Shown: positions 52,001 to 63,054, counted from the stretch's first letter. The stretch: DNA of 64,000 nucleotides from Tubulanus polymorphus (GCF_964204645.1 NC_134030.1:11739947-11803946); one strand, 5' to 3'. Translations and numbers: made by a program. The notes: generated by a model not told the origin, from the letters alone.

Positions 52001-55000
52001 CCCTAACAGCCGAAATAATTGAAATGCACACACGATTTCTATAATTGAAAATTGAGAGAGTGGCCTTTGTTTGTGTTCTGCTGCTTCGCGTAAATCCAGC
52101 GCAGGGGCGCCACCGCGTGAAGTGGGGCCAATACGTCCAGTGTCCAAATGGCACTGCTGAAGAGTACGATACCGGATGTCTCATTTACCAGGTATAAAAC
52201 ATACCCATTTTCAAAAGATTGCTCAGAACTTACGCCGCCGAGCAATTGCCCTGCTCGGTGTACTGCTCGGGCATTCTACTCCTTTTCAATCGTTAGTAGA
52301 TCCGCGCAAATACATGCTGCTCGGCTATCACTGCTCGGTTTCGATCGTTAGTAGATCCGCGCAAATACGAGCTGCTGGGAACTCTGCTCAGTTTCAATAT
52401 GAATAAAAAAGCGGTATGTTTGTATTTTTTGACATTACGTGGATGGATGGATTCTGACTAGTAAAATGCGGTCAATCTATACCGCGTCGCTAATACATTT
52501 GTAAACGAGCGTCAGCAATCAGCCGCGTGTGTGCGAATATAGGTTACAGTACGGTTATGCCAGTTAGTAGTCACCTGAGCGAGTCTATAGCACAGTGAAT
52601 TCAATGATTATACAATGTATACACAGCACTCTCGCACATCGGCAGGCACTAATTAAGACAAACTAATTTTTATGAATTCATGTACTTATCATTTTGGTCA
52701 GTTTCTTGTTAAATGTGGCCGTGAGTGTCTGAAACGCTATGGTTGTATCTTGCATTGCAAGTCACTTCGGGTTCACTTAGCAGTATGCCACTTCCAGGAT
52801 ACAGACTGCTTTATTTCCGGGCATATGAGCAGAGGGGTCAGCCAGAGAAAATCAGAAGTCAATGGAACTAATTTCAAGGGTGTTCAACACAATCTGAAAG
52901 ATACCATCGATAATTGGATTCGAAATAAAATTCAGAACTTCTAGTTGCAAAAGGAAATGGGAGTTTAACCCACCAGCTGTTTCGAGTATTGGAGGTGTTT
53001 GGGAAAGACTTATCAGATCCATCAGAAGTGTTTTGTGTGCACGATAGGTAGAACACAATATCCGTGTTGACGCGATGAGGAGAGAATCCCACAATGATAA
53101 TAAAAAGTCCGGACTTTTTATTATCATTGTGGGATTCTCTCCTCACTGTTTTGTGTGCAATGAGAGCTTGTTAACCCACATGTGTTAACCTCATAATATA
53201 ACCCTCGATATATAAATGAATATATCCATCTGACAGTGCTTCATCTAGCATTAAAAAAGGGCAGGGTGCTGATTTCAAATAAGGGCATTTTTGTGCGTGA
53301 TTCCATCGGAGCCAGGGCACATAATAACGCGCTCACGTCTGTTTTAGGGGCAAACTGTAATGTTCCCTATTGCATAGAATCGAGGTACCCCCTACTATGA
53401 TTGAGGACTAGAAACTATGTTTAACTCTGATTTTGCCATGAGTGACACACTTAACCACAGTACATCCTTATACCTATGCCGGTCAAAAGTTAATCTAGAT
53501 AGGGCTTTCAAAATGATTTGGAAAACCAGTTGCAGACAAAAAAATTGCAGAAAAAAGCAATCTCAAGTAGCAAATACAGCGAAAAAGAGCCAGCAATAGT
53601 GTATAGGCTTACATTAAATTGCATATTTTTAATCTTAGAAATATCAAATTAATTGATCTAAATTGATAGTGTTAGTGATTGGCAAGTAACTGTTGATAAT
53701 TGGTAAGCAGCCAGCTTAAGAACACATTATTGCTATTAGGCTACTTAAACTAATTGTCTGTGCGAGTCTCTCTGTGAGTTCACCGAACAAAGTTTTTCAC
53801 CTTGTGTATATTGAATTTGTCTAATAGTCTAGATAAAAAGATCCAGAGCATCACGATGTGTTCAAAACGAAACAATCCATCAATATACACTACCAGCTTT
53901 ACAACGGCAGTCGCTAGAATGATTGGCAGTAGTTTGGAAGTCAGCCAATTTCCTGGAAACTAGGCCACGCGTCTGAGGCACGTTTTCACACGATGCACAC
54001 TGACTGCAGTACATTTGAATATAACCACTGATCACATGAGCTACTATCGTTGATATCATACGAGATATTTCATAGCCGTTGCAGGAAACTTACTAACAGT
54101 CTGATGCGTCGGCTTATTTTGAAAGGCCTGACTTATTACTAGTGACTGACAAGGGCAGGATGGCAGACCTACTGCAAGTGATGAGGGCACAAGGGCGAGC
54201 ATGGGACACAAGGGCACAAGGGCGGCTATTTTAGGGGGCGGGGCGGACCGCCCTTCTATTTTTGGCTAGATGAAGCACTGATCAGATGATATGACTCAAA
54301 ACCTCCTGAAATCTTAGGAGTATAGGATAAAGATAAGATACTGTAGATTCTTATTTTGATAAGATGGTCCAAGATAACCCGGCAAACGAATGAATTACTG
54401 AATGAAACATAAACTGCCTTTATCTTATAGAAATAGACTACTGCATTTTATTGAAAACAAGATCAACACAGCTGACCTAAAAGGTCATAGTAGCACAGGC
54501 CACAAATTAAAATGTACAACTTATCAAAATGCAACATTTAACCTCTTTGCTGCCGATAATTTGCTGGAGAAACAAGTTAGAATTCTATTTTGGCGACGCA
54601 GATCTTGAAAATAAAGCGTCGAAAACTCAAACAGAAATTTTGTATCATGCTTTGGGACCGGATTTTCAAGAGGTTAGTAGGAACTTCATTTTCGCACAAG
54701 GGGAAGATGATGATGACTATACCCATATCTTGAAAAAGTTTAAAGAATACTTATAATAATTATATATAAAATATTGTTGAAATCTAGCTCAAAACAAAGC
54801 AAATGGATTATTATTTAGTTAGCCTTTTATTATTAGTATTATTTTCTGCTATTCTTTACTAAAATTCATTTAGCAAATAATAATATTCATAATTGGTATA
54901 TTCAAATCAATTTGCAATATAGACCTGAGTGACAGGTCTTTAGTAATATAAAAGAAAAGGTAGTTGATGAAGCGTGAGCGTATAGGAAAAACTTTACAGG

Positions 55001-58000
55001 CGTCGAGACGGCAAAATTCGTAGTTATCTTCTTGTCCTTTTGTTTTCGAATGGTGCTAATTTCTAAATTAACAACCAGGTCAAAATTCAATCTTGCAAAA
55101 AACCAGTCTCAGTCTGACTCAGTTTCACTTCGAAAAGTCGGGTTACAGTGGTGAAGTGGTTTAAACCATCGAATAATTCTTGATACACTAATCTAAATCG
55201 AAATAGTAGTGACAAACAGTGCCACGGGTAAGCCAAAGACCAAAAATTAATATCAATAAATAATTCAGTTGGGAAATTAGGTCGTCTTTTTTCTGGCAGA
55301 AAATTGAATTTCATTATCTTAAAAGCCCAAATTTTCTATAACCAGAAATGAATCAAACTTAAGTTGCAGTTTCATCGTCTTCCTCCTCCCCAAACCCTCT
55401 GGCATTATTTTTCCAAGTTTTATTTAAGAATTGATATGCTTTGGGCCCAAAGTACAATTTCAATATGAAAAAAAATTGATCAAAGTTACTTTCCAGTTCC
55501 ATGGGAATGACAACAATTAATTGTCTGTGTTCCTGGTCACTGACAATATTTTGAGCGTATTTCGTTATACACTCAAAATACACAATACATGCACAATACA
55601 CAATATCAATATACACGAGGTTGTTTTCGAATCGAAATGATTTGTTAGTATAAAAAATTAAATCAAGCTGTGACGAAGCGTCCGTCACTTAGATTTCATC
55701 TATTAGGCCTACATATTATGACTTTGAGCTCTCCCCATTCCAACTAGTCTAGTACCTAGCCGTTGTTCCTGAAACAACGTCTAGGGCGAAAGTGCTCATA
55801 TAAGGTTAATTTTCGTCCCTCATTTTGAGGGACGAGGCTTTGAGCGAAGCAACATAACAAATATGGCGGCTTTTCATGGTGCATGATGGGAGTGTAAATT
55901 ACGGATTAGAACTCAAACTTGGTGCCAATGCAGATATTATTCTTGTTTCAAATTATTAAGGTTAAAATTAACCAAAATTTATGCGTTTTATCAACAAAAA
56001 ATAACATTTAGAGTAATTTTAGAGAGACATATTGAATTTTCACATTTTATTAATTTCGTCCGTATTGGAAATCCCGATAGTGGCAATCAATTCAATTCAA
56101 ATCAAATCAATAAATTCTTCGGTTTGCGATTTAAATCATCAAAAAATTTATTATAAAACAAGTTTTCAAAGTCAACAAGGTAACTAATTTATTTATTTTA
56201 GTACAAAGGTTAGATTTGACACTAAAATCAGGGTGCTATTGCACTTTTGTACCCCCCTCCCAGAAATTTTTATTTCTGTATATTATTGATAAGGGAGGTC
56301 TGTAGAGTCAAAATAAATTACTTTTGACAAAAAAAAAATACTTTTTCCAAGCCAAAATTCTGATAATTTGGGGCCGATTTCCTCGATTCAAACCGACAGG
56401 TCGGCCATATTTCCGCACTAATTACCACCTAAAAACATCTGAATAAATATATCTCAATAAATTTAATTGAATTGAATTGACAAAATTTCGTTTTTGGGCA
56501 TATAACTTTTCTACATCAGAACATCTTTAAATCAATAGCTAAGTATGAAATTAATGCAAACTAGTTAGTTACCTAATCGTTGGTGGTAAGCTTTTTATTA
56601 TCGGATGGGCTTATACCAACGTTAGGGATGACAAGGACCAAAACACGGTTGAAAAAAGTAACACTTCAAAAATATACTTTCTATTCACTTCAGTCCACAA
56701 TTAATGGCTTAATTCACAAACTAACACAGGTACCTTTCGAAATAATCCAATTTTATGTATGTTTCGAGTGGTTTATCAACATTATTTTGAGAAATTAATT
56801 AATTTCTCCACCAATTTCGCCATTGGCCGCCATTTCTCTGTATTGCACATGTGGCATGATAAGACAAGGGGACCTACAAGGATTTATATAAAACTTTCAA
56901 GACGAAACGACAATTTTTATTTTTGATGGTTTTCCAACTTATATTTCAAATCTTCGTGTTTTCCATAATAAATAATAAAATAATAAATTCTGGTAAAAGA
57001 AAAATGTGAATAAGTGTCGATTTCTTAATTTTTTTCAATTTCGTCGTTTCGCTTCGTTAGTTTGAGCTGTTGTCCTTGCCTCAGTCCACAGGTGCCAGCA
57101 CCTCCAGTAATTTTCAAAATGGCAGCTGTTGACCCGACGGAAATTTACTCTCACTTTACGGCCGATTTGCACATGGATTAAGATCGTCAGGTGAGGTGTT
57201 ATAGGTATCAGACAAACTACGAATCTGTTGTGCGTCGATTACAACAAAAATTAGACGGATATCTTAAGAGACAATGAAATGCCAGGCAAATTACTCGTCA
57301 GTCAAATTGGCTGACGAAGATTTCATACAAAAATGACCTTCCCATTCCTGACTGTGGTTTGTGAAAATATCCGATTGTGAAACTAAACCACAGACAGGTT
57401 ACTGACTAAATGCAAACATACGCGTCATTTTCAGAGATGGTTATGTTTAAAAACATGGTTTTTGCAAAGTTTTAATGTCATGACATTTCAGTGGAGGGTT
57501 AGAAACTTTGATTGACATCCAATAAAATGGCGTCGTTGACGTCGCGAATCGGCGAATTTACACGCGATTAAGGGCCCAAAATATCAAAATTTCGACGTAG
57601 AAAAAGTAAGTTTTTTTGGGTCAAAAGTTACTGATTATGAATCCCTCGACCTCTCTGATAATAAATATGCTGAAATAAAAATTTTTGGGAGGGGGTACGA
57701 AAGTGCAATAGCGCCAAAATCAGTTGTTGCATTGCATTGCAATTTACAGGAGTTAACCTCTATATGATACTTTAGCGTCAGACGTTGTACGGAACCGTAA
57801 CAACAACGAGTGGTATTCAGACTACATTCCAACAAGCTTTCTTTCAGTTTCACTTCACTTCAAATCACTGTCCAAAAAAATTCAAATATCTCCAATCTTA
57901 CTGAAAGTGAAGTCTTCAAGATTGGAGATATTTGAATGTTTTATGGATATAGCTATCTTAAATACTATTCTCCACAAAATGACTGCTGCAAATAGAGTGC

Positions 58001-58068
58001 ATTTATTTCAAACATGGTGAATTTACCTGGGAGAAAAACATAATACAAGAATCCGTAAGGAAAGACAT
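33850..58068 (-). CDS. GPR89: Golgi pH regulator (GPHR / GPR89), complete 15-exon CDS, about 462 aa
   Basis: Exons: 58027-58068, 51071-51130, 49169-49272, 48326-48432, 47943-48053, 47251-47371, 47082-47162, 46497-46603, 46198-46286, 44384-44476, 43998-44093, 41093-41182, 40687-40752, 34591-34649, 33850-34012. All introns are GT-AG with consistent phases (1389 nt). The peptide closely matches GPR89 as recalled ([82 protein letters not shown]). Confidence 0.97.
34324..34496. mobile_element. pogo/Tc1-type MITE in GPR89 intron 14
   Basis: CAGTGAAACATGCTTAAT..ATTAAGCAGATTCTACTG flanked by TA. Confidence 0.7.
34591..34649 (-). CDS. GPR89: GPR89 exon 14
   Basis: [19 protein letters not shown](R). 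Confidence 0.95.
34710..38603 (+). mobile_element. Gypsy LTR retrotransposon, both LTRs present, decayed gag-pol with internal deletion
   Basis: 189-bp LTRs 34710-34898 and 38415-38603 (TGTTGA..TCAACA), PBS TGGTGGCAGCG, PPT AGGAAAGGGGGA, TSD ACAAT/ACAAG. Gag, protease ([10 protein letters not shown]), RT ([26 protein letters not shown]), RNase H (ENDHKPL) and partial integrase (NGKAEAAVK). Confidence 0.95.
38901..38941 (-). ncRNA. Minimal type-I hammerhead ribozyme (Penelope pLTR type)
   Basis: Minus strand CAC-CUGAUGA-A-GCUACU(AUACAUA)AGUAGC-GAAAGCUC-GUG: conserved core, 6-bp stem II, palindromic AGCU stem III, 3-bp stem I. Confidence 0.7.
40687..40752 (-). CDS. GPR89: GPR89 exon 13
   Basis: [22 protein letters not shown]. 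Confidence 0.95.
41093..41182 (-). CDS. GPR89: GPR89 exon 12
   Basis: [30 protein letters not shown]. Confidence 0.96.
41262..42513 (-). mobile_element. HINE, second complete copy of the 29499-30755 family
   Basis: Colinear and highly similar, with the same ends and four 155-bp units. Confidence 0.9.
42689..43423. mobile_element. hAT-like non-autonomous element with a 6-bp TSD
   Basis: TIR CAGAGATGAGAA, ATTCTA on both flanks, CCGCGG subterminal repeats. Confidence 0.85.
43448..43678 (+). repeat. 77-bp tandem repeat x3
   Basis: GCAACAATTTGTCCAAATTGTAGTGTGAAGCCTGATC.. at 43448, 43525 and 43602. Confidence 0.9.
43998..44093 (-). CDS. GPR89: GPR89 exon 11
   Basis: [32 protein letters not shown]. 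Confidence 0.96.
44384..44476 (-). CDS. GPR89: GPR89 exon 10
   Basis: [31 protein letters not shown]. Confidence 0.96.
45010..45335 (-). repeat. Diverged partial HINE copy
   Basis: Matches the core and subTIR (AAGTCCCAAGTGGGC) of the 41262-42513 family. Confidence 0.65.
46198..46286 (-). CDS. GPR89: GPR89 exon 9
   Basis: [29 protein letters not shown]. Confidence 0.95.
46497..46603 (-). CDS. GPR89: GPR89 exon 8
   Basis: [35 protein letters not shown]; phases match both neighbouring exons. Confidence 0.88.
47082..47162 (-). CDS. GPR89: GPR89 exon 7
   Basis: [27 protein letters not shown]. Confidence 0.95.
47251..47371 (-). CDS. GPR89: GPR89 exon 6
   Basis: [39 protein letters not shown]. 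Confidence 0.96.
47943..48053 (-). CDS. GPR89: GPR89 exon 5
   Basis: [36 protein letters not shown]. Confidence 0.96.
48326..48432 (-). CDS. GPR89: GPR89 exon 4
   Basis: [35 protein letters not shown]. Confidence 0.95.
48612..48892. mobile_element. CAGGGGCGGAT-type MITE (diverged)
   Basis: CAGGGACAGATTTAAGGGG ... CCCTCGATCCGCCCCTG; related to 63522-63763. Confidence 0.55.
49169..49272 (-). CDS. GPR89: GPR89 exon 3
   Basis: [34 protein letters not shown]. Confidence 0.96.
49916..50658 (+). mobile_element. AcademH-like non-autonomous DNA transposon, copy 1
   Basis: Ends TAGTCTG..TAGACTA; 9-bp TSD ACAATACAT (49907-49915 / 50659-50667). Confidence 0.8.
51071..51130 (-). CDS. GPR89: GPR89 exon 2
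   Basis: [20 protein letters not shown]. Confidence 0.95.
52680..53040 (+). mobile_element. BEL/Pao integrase fragment
   Basis: [70 protein letters not shown]. Confidence 0.85.
53076..53145. repeat. Perfect 70-bp palindrome (35-bp arms, no spacer)
   Basis: TGAGGAGAGAATCCCACAATGATAATAAAAAGTCC|GGACTTTTTATTATCATTGTGGGATTCTCTCCTCA. Confidence 0.95.
53234..54280. mobile_element. hAT-like non-autonomous element
   Basis: 16-bp perfect TIR CAGTGCTTCATCTAGC, AAGGGCA subterminal repeats, flanks ATCTGA/ATCAGA (6 bp, one mismatch). Confidence 0.85.
54555..54756 (+). mobile_element. Gypsy gag N-terminal fragment
   Basis: [45 protein letters not shown]. Confidence 0.65.
55745..57824 (-). mobile_element. 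AcademH-like non-autonomous element, copy 2 (inverted), interrupted by a Merlin-like element
   Basis: Reverse complement of 49916-50658, lacking about 170 bp of internal sequence. 9-bp TSD CATTCCAAC (55736-55744 / 57825-57833). Confidence 0.8.
56232..57715. mobile_element. TIR DNA element with an 8-bp TSD (Merlin-like), non-autonomous
   Basis: TIR GG(T/C)GCTATTGCACTTT(T/C)GTACCCCC and TSD AAAATCAG. The uninterrupted site appears once in Academ copy 1 (about 50008-50015, reverse strand). Superfamily tentative. Confidence 0.75.
58027..58068 (-). CDS. GPR89: GPR89 exon 1 (start codon)
   Basis: [14 protein letters not shown] followed by the GTAAAT donor. Confidence 0.93.
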
Positions 58069-58369
58069 TTTGCCGGGTCGCGATTTTGGACGTATATCGT
58101 ACTAATTATCGAAATTGATGAGTGTCAAAAATTAAAAGAGAATTCAATTCAGGTTTATTGCTTTGAAAAATATTTGATGCGACGGTAAAATGGATTCGAG
58201 GCATTCATTGTCAATTCGTTAACCCACAACGCCCGCATATCTGTCACTTGCCTCTGATAATTTCATTTCATTCGAAAAAAAAATATGTTCTGAAAAACGC
58301 TAAATTTAATATTGATATTTGAATTGAGTTGAAGGTCAAGAGGAGAAATTCAATTCAAAACTATATTAA

Positions 58370-59658
58370 GCAAAAGGTAGAAAGTTTCTAATGTCCGATC
58401 GACAGTACCGGTAGCGCCGCTACTTAGCAATAATAAGAACTAATGTTATTGACGATGTTTTGTTAAGTGGAAAGACGCCGAGTACCAGTATATATCCGAT
58501 AGGTTCGAATCCCCAATTTCTTCGGGATGATTTGATTTTAAAATAGCGATCGTTTTAATAGATTTGGTGTACCTTATTAAACTTAACCACCGTCAACACA
58601 CCTGCCCGATGTGAAACAGGGGACGTCCTATTCCAATGACGCTAAAGATTTTGTGTGAATTTTATGGTACTGTAACGGCGGTATGAATTAAATTCAGCTT
58701 AGACTGAGAGTAAAAAGTATTTTAAGGCAAACTCTAATGGGCTAACTGCACATCGTCGAAAGACTTCTCATCCATCGATACTTGATAAAAATGAAATAAA
58801 ACATCTAGTTCCAATTATCTCATGTAAGCATAACATTTATTTTGAAAATCTCAACCATACATCAAAACATTTTAAAGCCTTCTATATCAAATGCAATCTT
58901 TTGCTAACATAAACAATAGACAAATGGCCATATCTCTATCATATTAATTATATCACGAATGCTAAATATTGCGATATTAATTGAAATCATTCAACCAACA
59001 AATGAATTTAGTTAACATAATATCATCACAAACCATTCATATCCTTGGCAAAGGACTTATAAGCTTTTAGAATATCCAAACAGGAAAACTTTAGTCTCAT
59101 TTCTATGCGAGTAGAAATACATTATCATTATCTTTGCATTATATATAACATCCATATCTGTGCATTATATATATGTTTATAATGTCATATCTCTTAATAA
59201 TAATCAATCCAATAATTAGATTAATAATACTAATTTATTTATAAATTAATAATTGGTAATTAAACTATCAACTCTGCTATAATTGAGTTACACATGAGGT
59301 AAAAAAATTATGACATAAAAACTCCTGTCAGAGTAATAGAAGTAACTGTCTAATACATGAAATAACACATTTTATACAATGAACTGAGCTCTGAATCTGA
59401 TGAAAATATTCAATCTGAGATCTTACGAATGATGTTATTTTAGCCCTCTACTTCTGAAAACTGAATAGCGCGCTGTGAACTTCAACTTCAAAACAAATTT
59501 GTTGAACAGCAGTGTATCGAAAAACTGTACGTACAGTGTACCGCGAACTGAACGCGGCGTCTTCTCACTTAGAAAATTATCGACTTGACAGATTAGTTCG
59601 ATTTTCGACCGCAGCGGCGCTATACGACATTGGACAAAAGAAACTTTCTACCTTTTGC
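58370..59658. mobile_element. MULE/Mutator-like non-autonomous element upstream of GPR89
   Basis: TIR GCAAAAGGTAGAAAGTTTC..TAGCGCCGCT; 9-bp TSD CTATATTAA. Confidence 0.75.
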
Positions 59659-60629
59659 CTATATTAAGCGCAAAAGGTTGAAAGCCTGTTTTGGTCGATG
59701 GCTAGTGACGTCATCAAGATCGCCTTTTTGTTACTCCCAAAGCTGAACAACTCACTTTTAACGGTTAACCGCTGAATTTGAATTTGCTGTCAAGTGTATT
59801 CTTGCTGGCTGTTGATTAAAAGATTGTGAATCATGTTTTCCGAACGTGTTAAGCTTGTCTCCGGACCAGTTGGTGGGAATATTGGTTTGAAAAAAGAGGT
59901 AGATTGCAAGATTATAAAAAACTCACTGGGTAACACTAGTGAACGCCGCGAGCATCGCCATCGTGCACGGTGGTGCAGGTCGCGACCGCGCGGCGGCAGG
60001 GCTTTTTAATTTTGGCTTTTGCCAGTTTTGGAGTCTTGTTATTGCCACCATGGCCACGTTACCACCACACTCACATTGTCGCTAAAATATGTCTTTAAAT
60101 TGAATTTGTGAAAACAATTTTTCAAAACTGGCCATCTAGGTTTTTTAATACCTTGATCTCTTCTTTACTCTGAGCTTTTTGGAGCCTGACTTTCCTTTAC
60201 TAAGCAGAGATGATATGACGCTTGGTCCATGACTATAAGGGAAGGTTCCTCTAATGCTGGAATCAATTGGTCCTCGAGCCATGTTTCGAATATGTCTCCT
60301 GAAAAGCACATAGAATATGATTAGTTGCGAAATTGATGATTGATGTAGGCTGTAGGCGATCAGCATTTTTCATACGACTATTAGAGAGTGATATTTTTGA
60401 TGGGTATACTTTTTTGAGATATCAGTTGTCACACAATCAGAGCAATTTATGCTATGGAGGGGCTGGCTGCTCAAAGGTTGTTTTAAATCAACTTTTGAGC
60501 AACCGGCCCCTGGGCCTAGTTTCACAAAAGTTTCGGCTCAACTCCAGAACAGGTAAAAGTAGATCTGCGCAGAATCTAATCACAGCGGACTGGTATTTGA
60601 AATTAATCCGCATGGACTGTATTCGACTG

Positions 60630-61217
60630 ATTCTAACCGTCGACCGATTTTACTCGTCGACAATGTCTACAATCCTAAATGTCGACCGATTCTACTCGTC
60701 GACAATGTTTGCAACCCTAATTGTTGACCAATTGTACTCGTCGACAATGTCGACAACCCTGATTGTAGACCATTTTTACTCGTCGACAATGTCTACACAC
60801 CTGATTGTAGACCATTTTTACTCGTCGACAATGTCTACAACCCTGATTGTCATCCGATTCTATTCGTCGACAATGTCTACACACCTGATTGTAGACCATT
60901 TTTACTCGTCGACAATGTCTACAACCCTGATTGTCATCCGATTCTATTCGTCGACAATGTCTACAACCCTGATTTTCGACCATTTGTACTCGTCGACAAT
61001 GTCTAGAATCCTGATTGTCGACCGATTTTACTCGACAATCAGGGTTGTAGACATTGTCGACGAGTACAAATGGTCTACAATCAGGGTTGTAGACATTGTC
61101 GACGAATAGAATCGGATGACAATTAGGGTTGTAGACATTGTCGACGAGTAAAAATGGTCTACAATCAGGTGTGTAGACATTGTCGACGAGTAAAAATGGT
61201 CTACAATCAGGGTTGTC
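60630..61217. repeat. 42-bp tandem array that flips orientation at about 61030 (fold-back)
   Basis: About 9.5 forward units GATTGTAGACCATTTTTACTCGTCGACAATGTCTACAACCCT, then about 4.5 reverse-complement units. Confidence 0.92.
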
Positions 61218-61359
61218 ATGTTTTCAACGAGGACAATAATTCAAACTTAACCAATAGGACCTTTACCAGATATTTACCACCAAAACTGACTGAGCTAGGC
61301 AATCTGATATGCTCTGAAGCCAAGTTGAAATAGACATTAATATGGATATTGAAAACAAA

Positions 61360-61600
61360 GACTTAATAATATTTACCATCCATTTGGTGATGATAATCTC
61401 CAGAACCATTTTTTGCTTCAAAAACCAGGTTTGCACCTGGCACAAAGCCATTTCGACTTCCTGCATCTAAAATGATTAGGCGTGCACCTTTACCATTTTG
61501 CTCTACTCGTCCGCAATCCTTACATGGTGGATGGGAAAAGTTGGTCATTCCTTTTTCCCAATTTTCTGTCCATTCGCCTGTTGAAGATAATAGTGATTCC
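61360..61600 (-). pseudogene. IS630-Tc1-mariner (DDE_3-like) transposase fragment
   Basis: GKGARLIILDAGSRNGFVPGANLVF..GDYHHQMDG motif. Confidence 0.7.
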
Positions 61601-61744
61601 AGGTTTAAAAACAGGTAACATACAATGTACTTTGTCTTAGCAGAGATAAGATGCATGTGAAAAATATGGGGAAAAAATTTCTGAATACTTAATTTTTGTA
61701 TGAATATTTTTTTTCGAACATTTTTGCCTGGTAATTTCTTTATA

Positions 61745-61923
61745 CAGTCAACCCCGATATACCGCCCTCCCATTTACTGCCATCCCCGCCTTCTGCCAGG
61801 TTTTCTCAATGTAATATCTCAATACCAATACATAGTAATACACCCCCGATACACCCCCTATATTCTCTATACCGTCAATATTGTTCTGCATCGATGTGGG
61901 CAGTATATCGTGGGGGTTGACTG
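61745..61923. mobile_element. pogo/Tc1-type MITE
   Basis: TIR CAGTCAACCCC..GATATAC and TA TSD. Confidence 0.8.
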
Positions 61924-62023
61924 TAGTTTTACTTGTAGGCTGTATATGTTCTTCTATCTGTGGGCTCTAATGCTAAGTTATTCTACTATTCAACACCCCC
62001 TGGTGACCATATAGAATAACTAA

Positions 62024-62364
62024 GGCTAAAAAAAATTGATACCTTGTTTCTCCGCTCTGCTGAGCTTAAATGTTGACCCGGCCGGCCGCCTATCTACTTT
62101 ATACATTACTTTTTTAAAAATCGTGATCAATTTTACCATAACAGACCCGGCCGCTATAGAAATGAACTGTTTACAAAATTTATTATATATTAATTAAATA
62201 TGCCGGCCACCTATCTACCCTATACATTACTTTTTTTTAAATCGTGATCAATTTTACCATAACAGACCCGGCCGCTATAGAAATGAACTGTTTATAAATT
62301 TCATCATATTTTACAAAAATGACCCGGCCGCTGCGGAGAAACAAGGTATCATTTTTGTTTAGCC
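62024..62364 (-). mobile_element. PIF/Harbinger-type MITE (copy of 13491-13710, inverted, with a ~120-bp internal duplication)
   Basis: Same TIR and TAA TSD; inserted next to a stray HINE repeat unit. Confidence 0.85.
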
Positions 62365-63054
62365 TAACTAAAAAGTTTGTAGGCCTATTGTACGATTTTC
62401 TATAGGCCTGAATGTATATATTTACTCGATTTTATATAAGGTTAAGAAGCAATGTATATGCACTGGTGTTTATAGTGCTCTATTTCAGGTTTTCTCTTTC
62501 AGGAAAATATATTTTGTGAATAGATTACCGCTTGATTTTTTATGTTACAGGTTACTGCAAAATCATCAGTTATTGTGATGCGTGCCGATGTCTCTGGATG
62601 ATTCTGACCATGTCTAGAACTTCAACATCCTTGACTTATCATCAATTGGCAGCAGTATACATACATGCATGTTCAGAGAGTGTATGAAGAGAGTGTATGG
62701 ACACATCAACCTCGGTTCAAGGCTGTCCCTGATTAAATTGTATAATCCATATAGATTGGTCCCATTTTAACTTACTCAACCGCTTGAATGTCTTGTTTGT
62801 TATTCGTAAATTTTCACTTATTCATTGATTGTTTCTGTAGAATTTTATATGTGATATATAAACGTGGAAACCAGGGCCCATTGCACTAAGAAAGACACTT
62901 GACATTTTTTTGGGACAGATCTTTCTATATGTTTATGTCCTCGAGGCATCTGAAGTTAAGAAAATTCCCTTTGAAAACTGGAAATGACATAATGAAATAA
63001 GTTGTGGAATGTTTAAATTCGACAAAATGAATGTATTTTGCATTCCTAAGGCCC

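Noticed and set aside
49916-57824. A single 7.9-kb composite transposon with long TIRs and a 3-bp CAT TSD capturing GPR89 exon 2
   Set aside because: Each arm has its own perfect 9-bp TSD (ACAATACAT; CATTCCAAC), so they are independent insertions and the CAT match is coincidental.
58480-58520. tRNA or SINE head (GGTTCGAATCCC B-box)
   Set aside because: No A-box or cloverleaf could be built.
60630-61217. CRISPR-like array
   Set aside because: No unique spacers, no cas genes, eukaryotic context; it is a plain tandem/inverted repeat.
60333-61219. 258-aa and overlapping repeat-protein ORFs
   Set aside because: They are open only because the stop-free 42-bp unit is a multiple of 3.
62480-62720. 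Plus-strand exons of a gene divergent from GPR89
   Set aside because: Acceptor-like sites are present, but I found no sustained frame or recognisable peptide.
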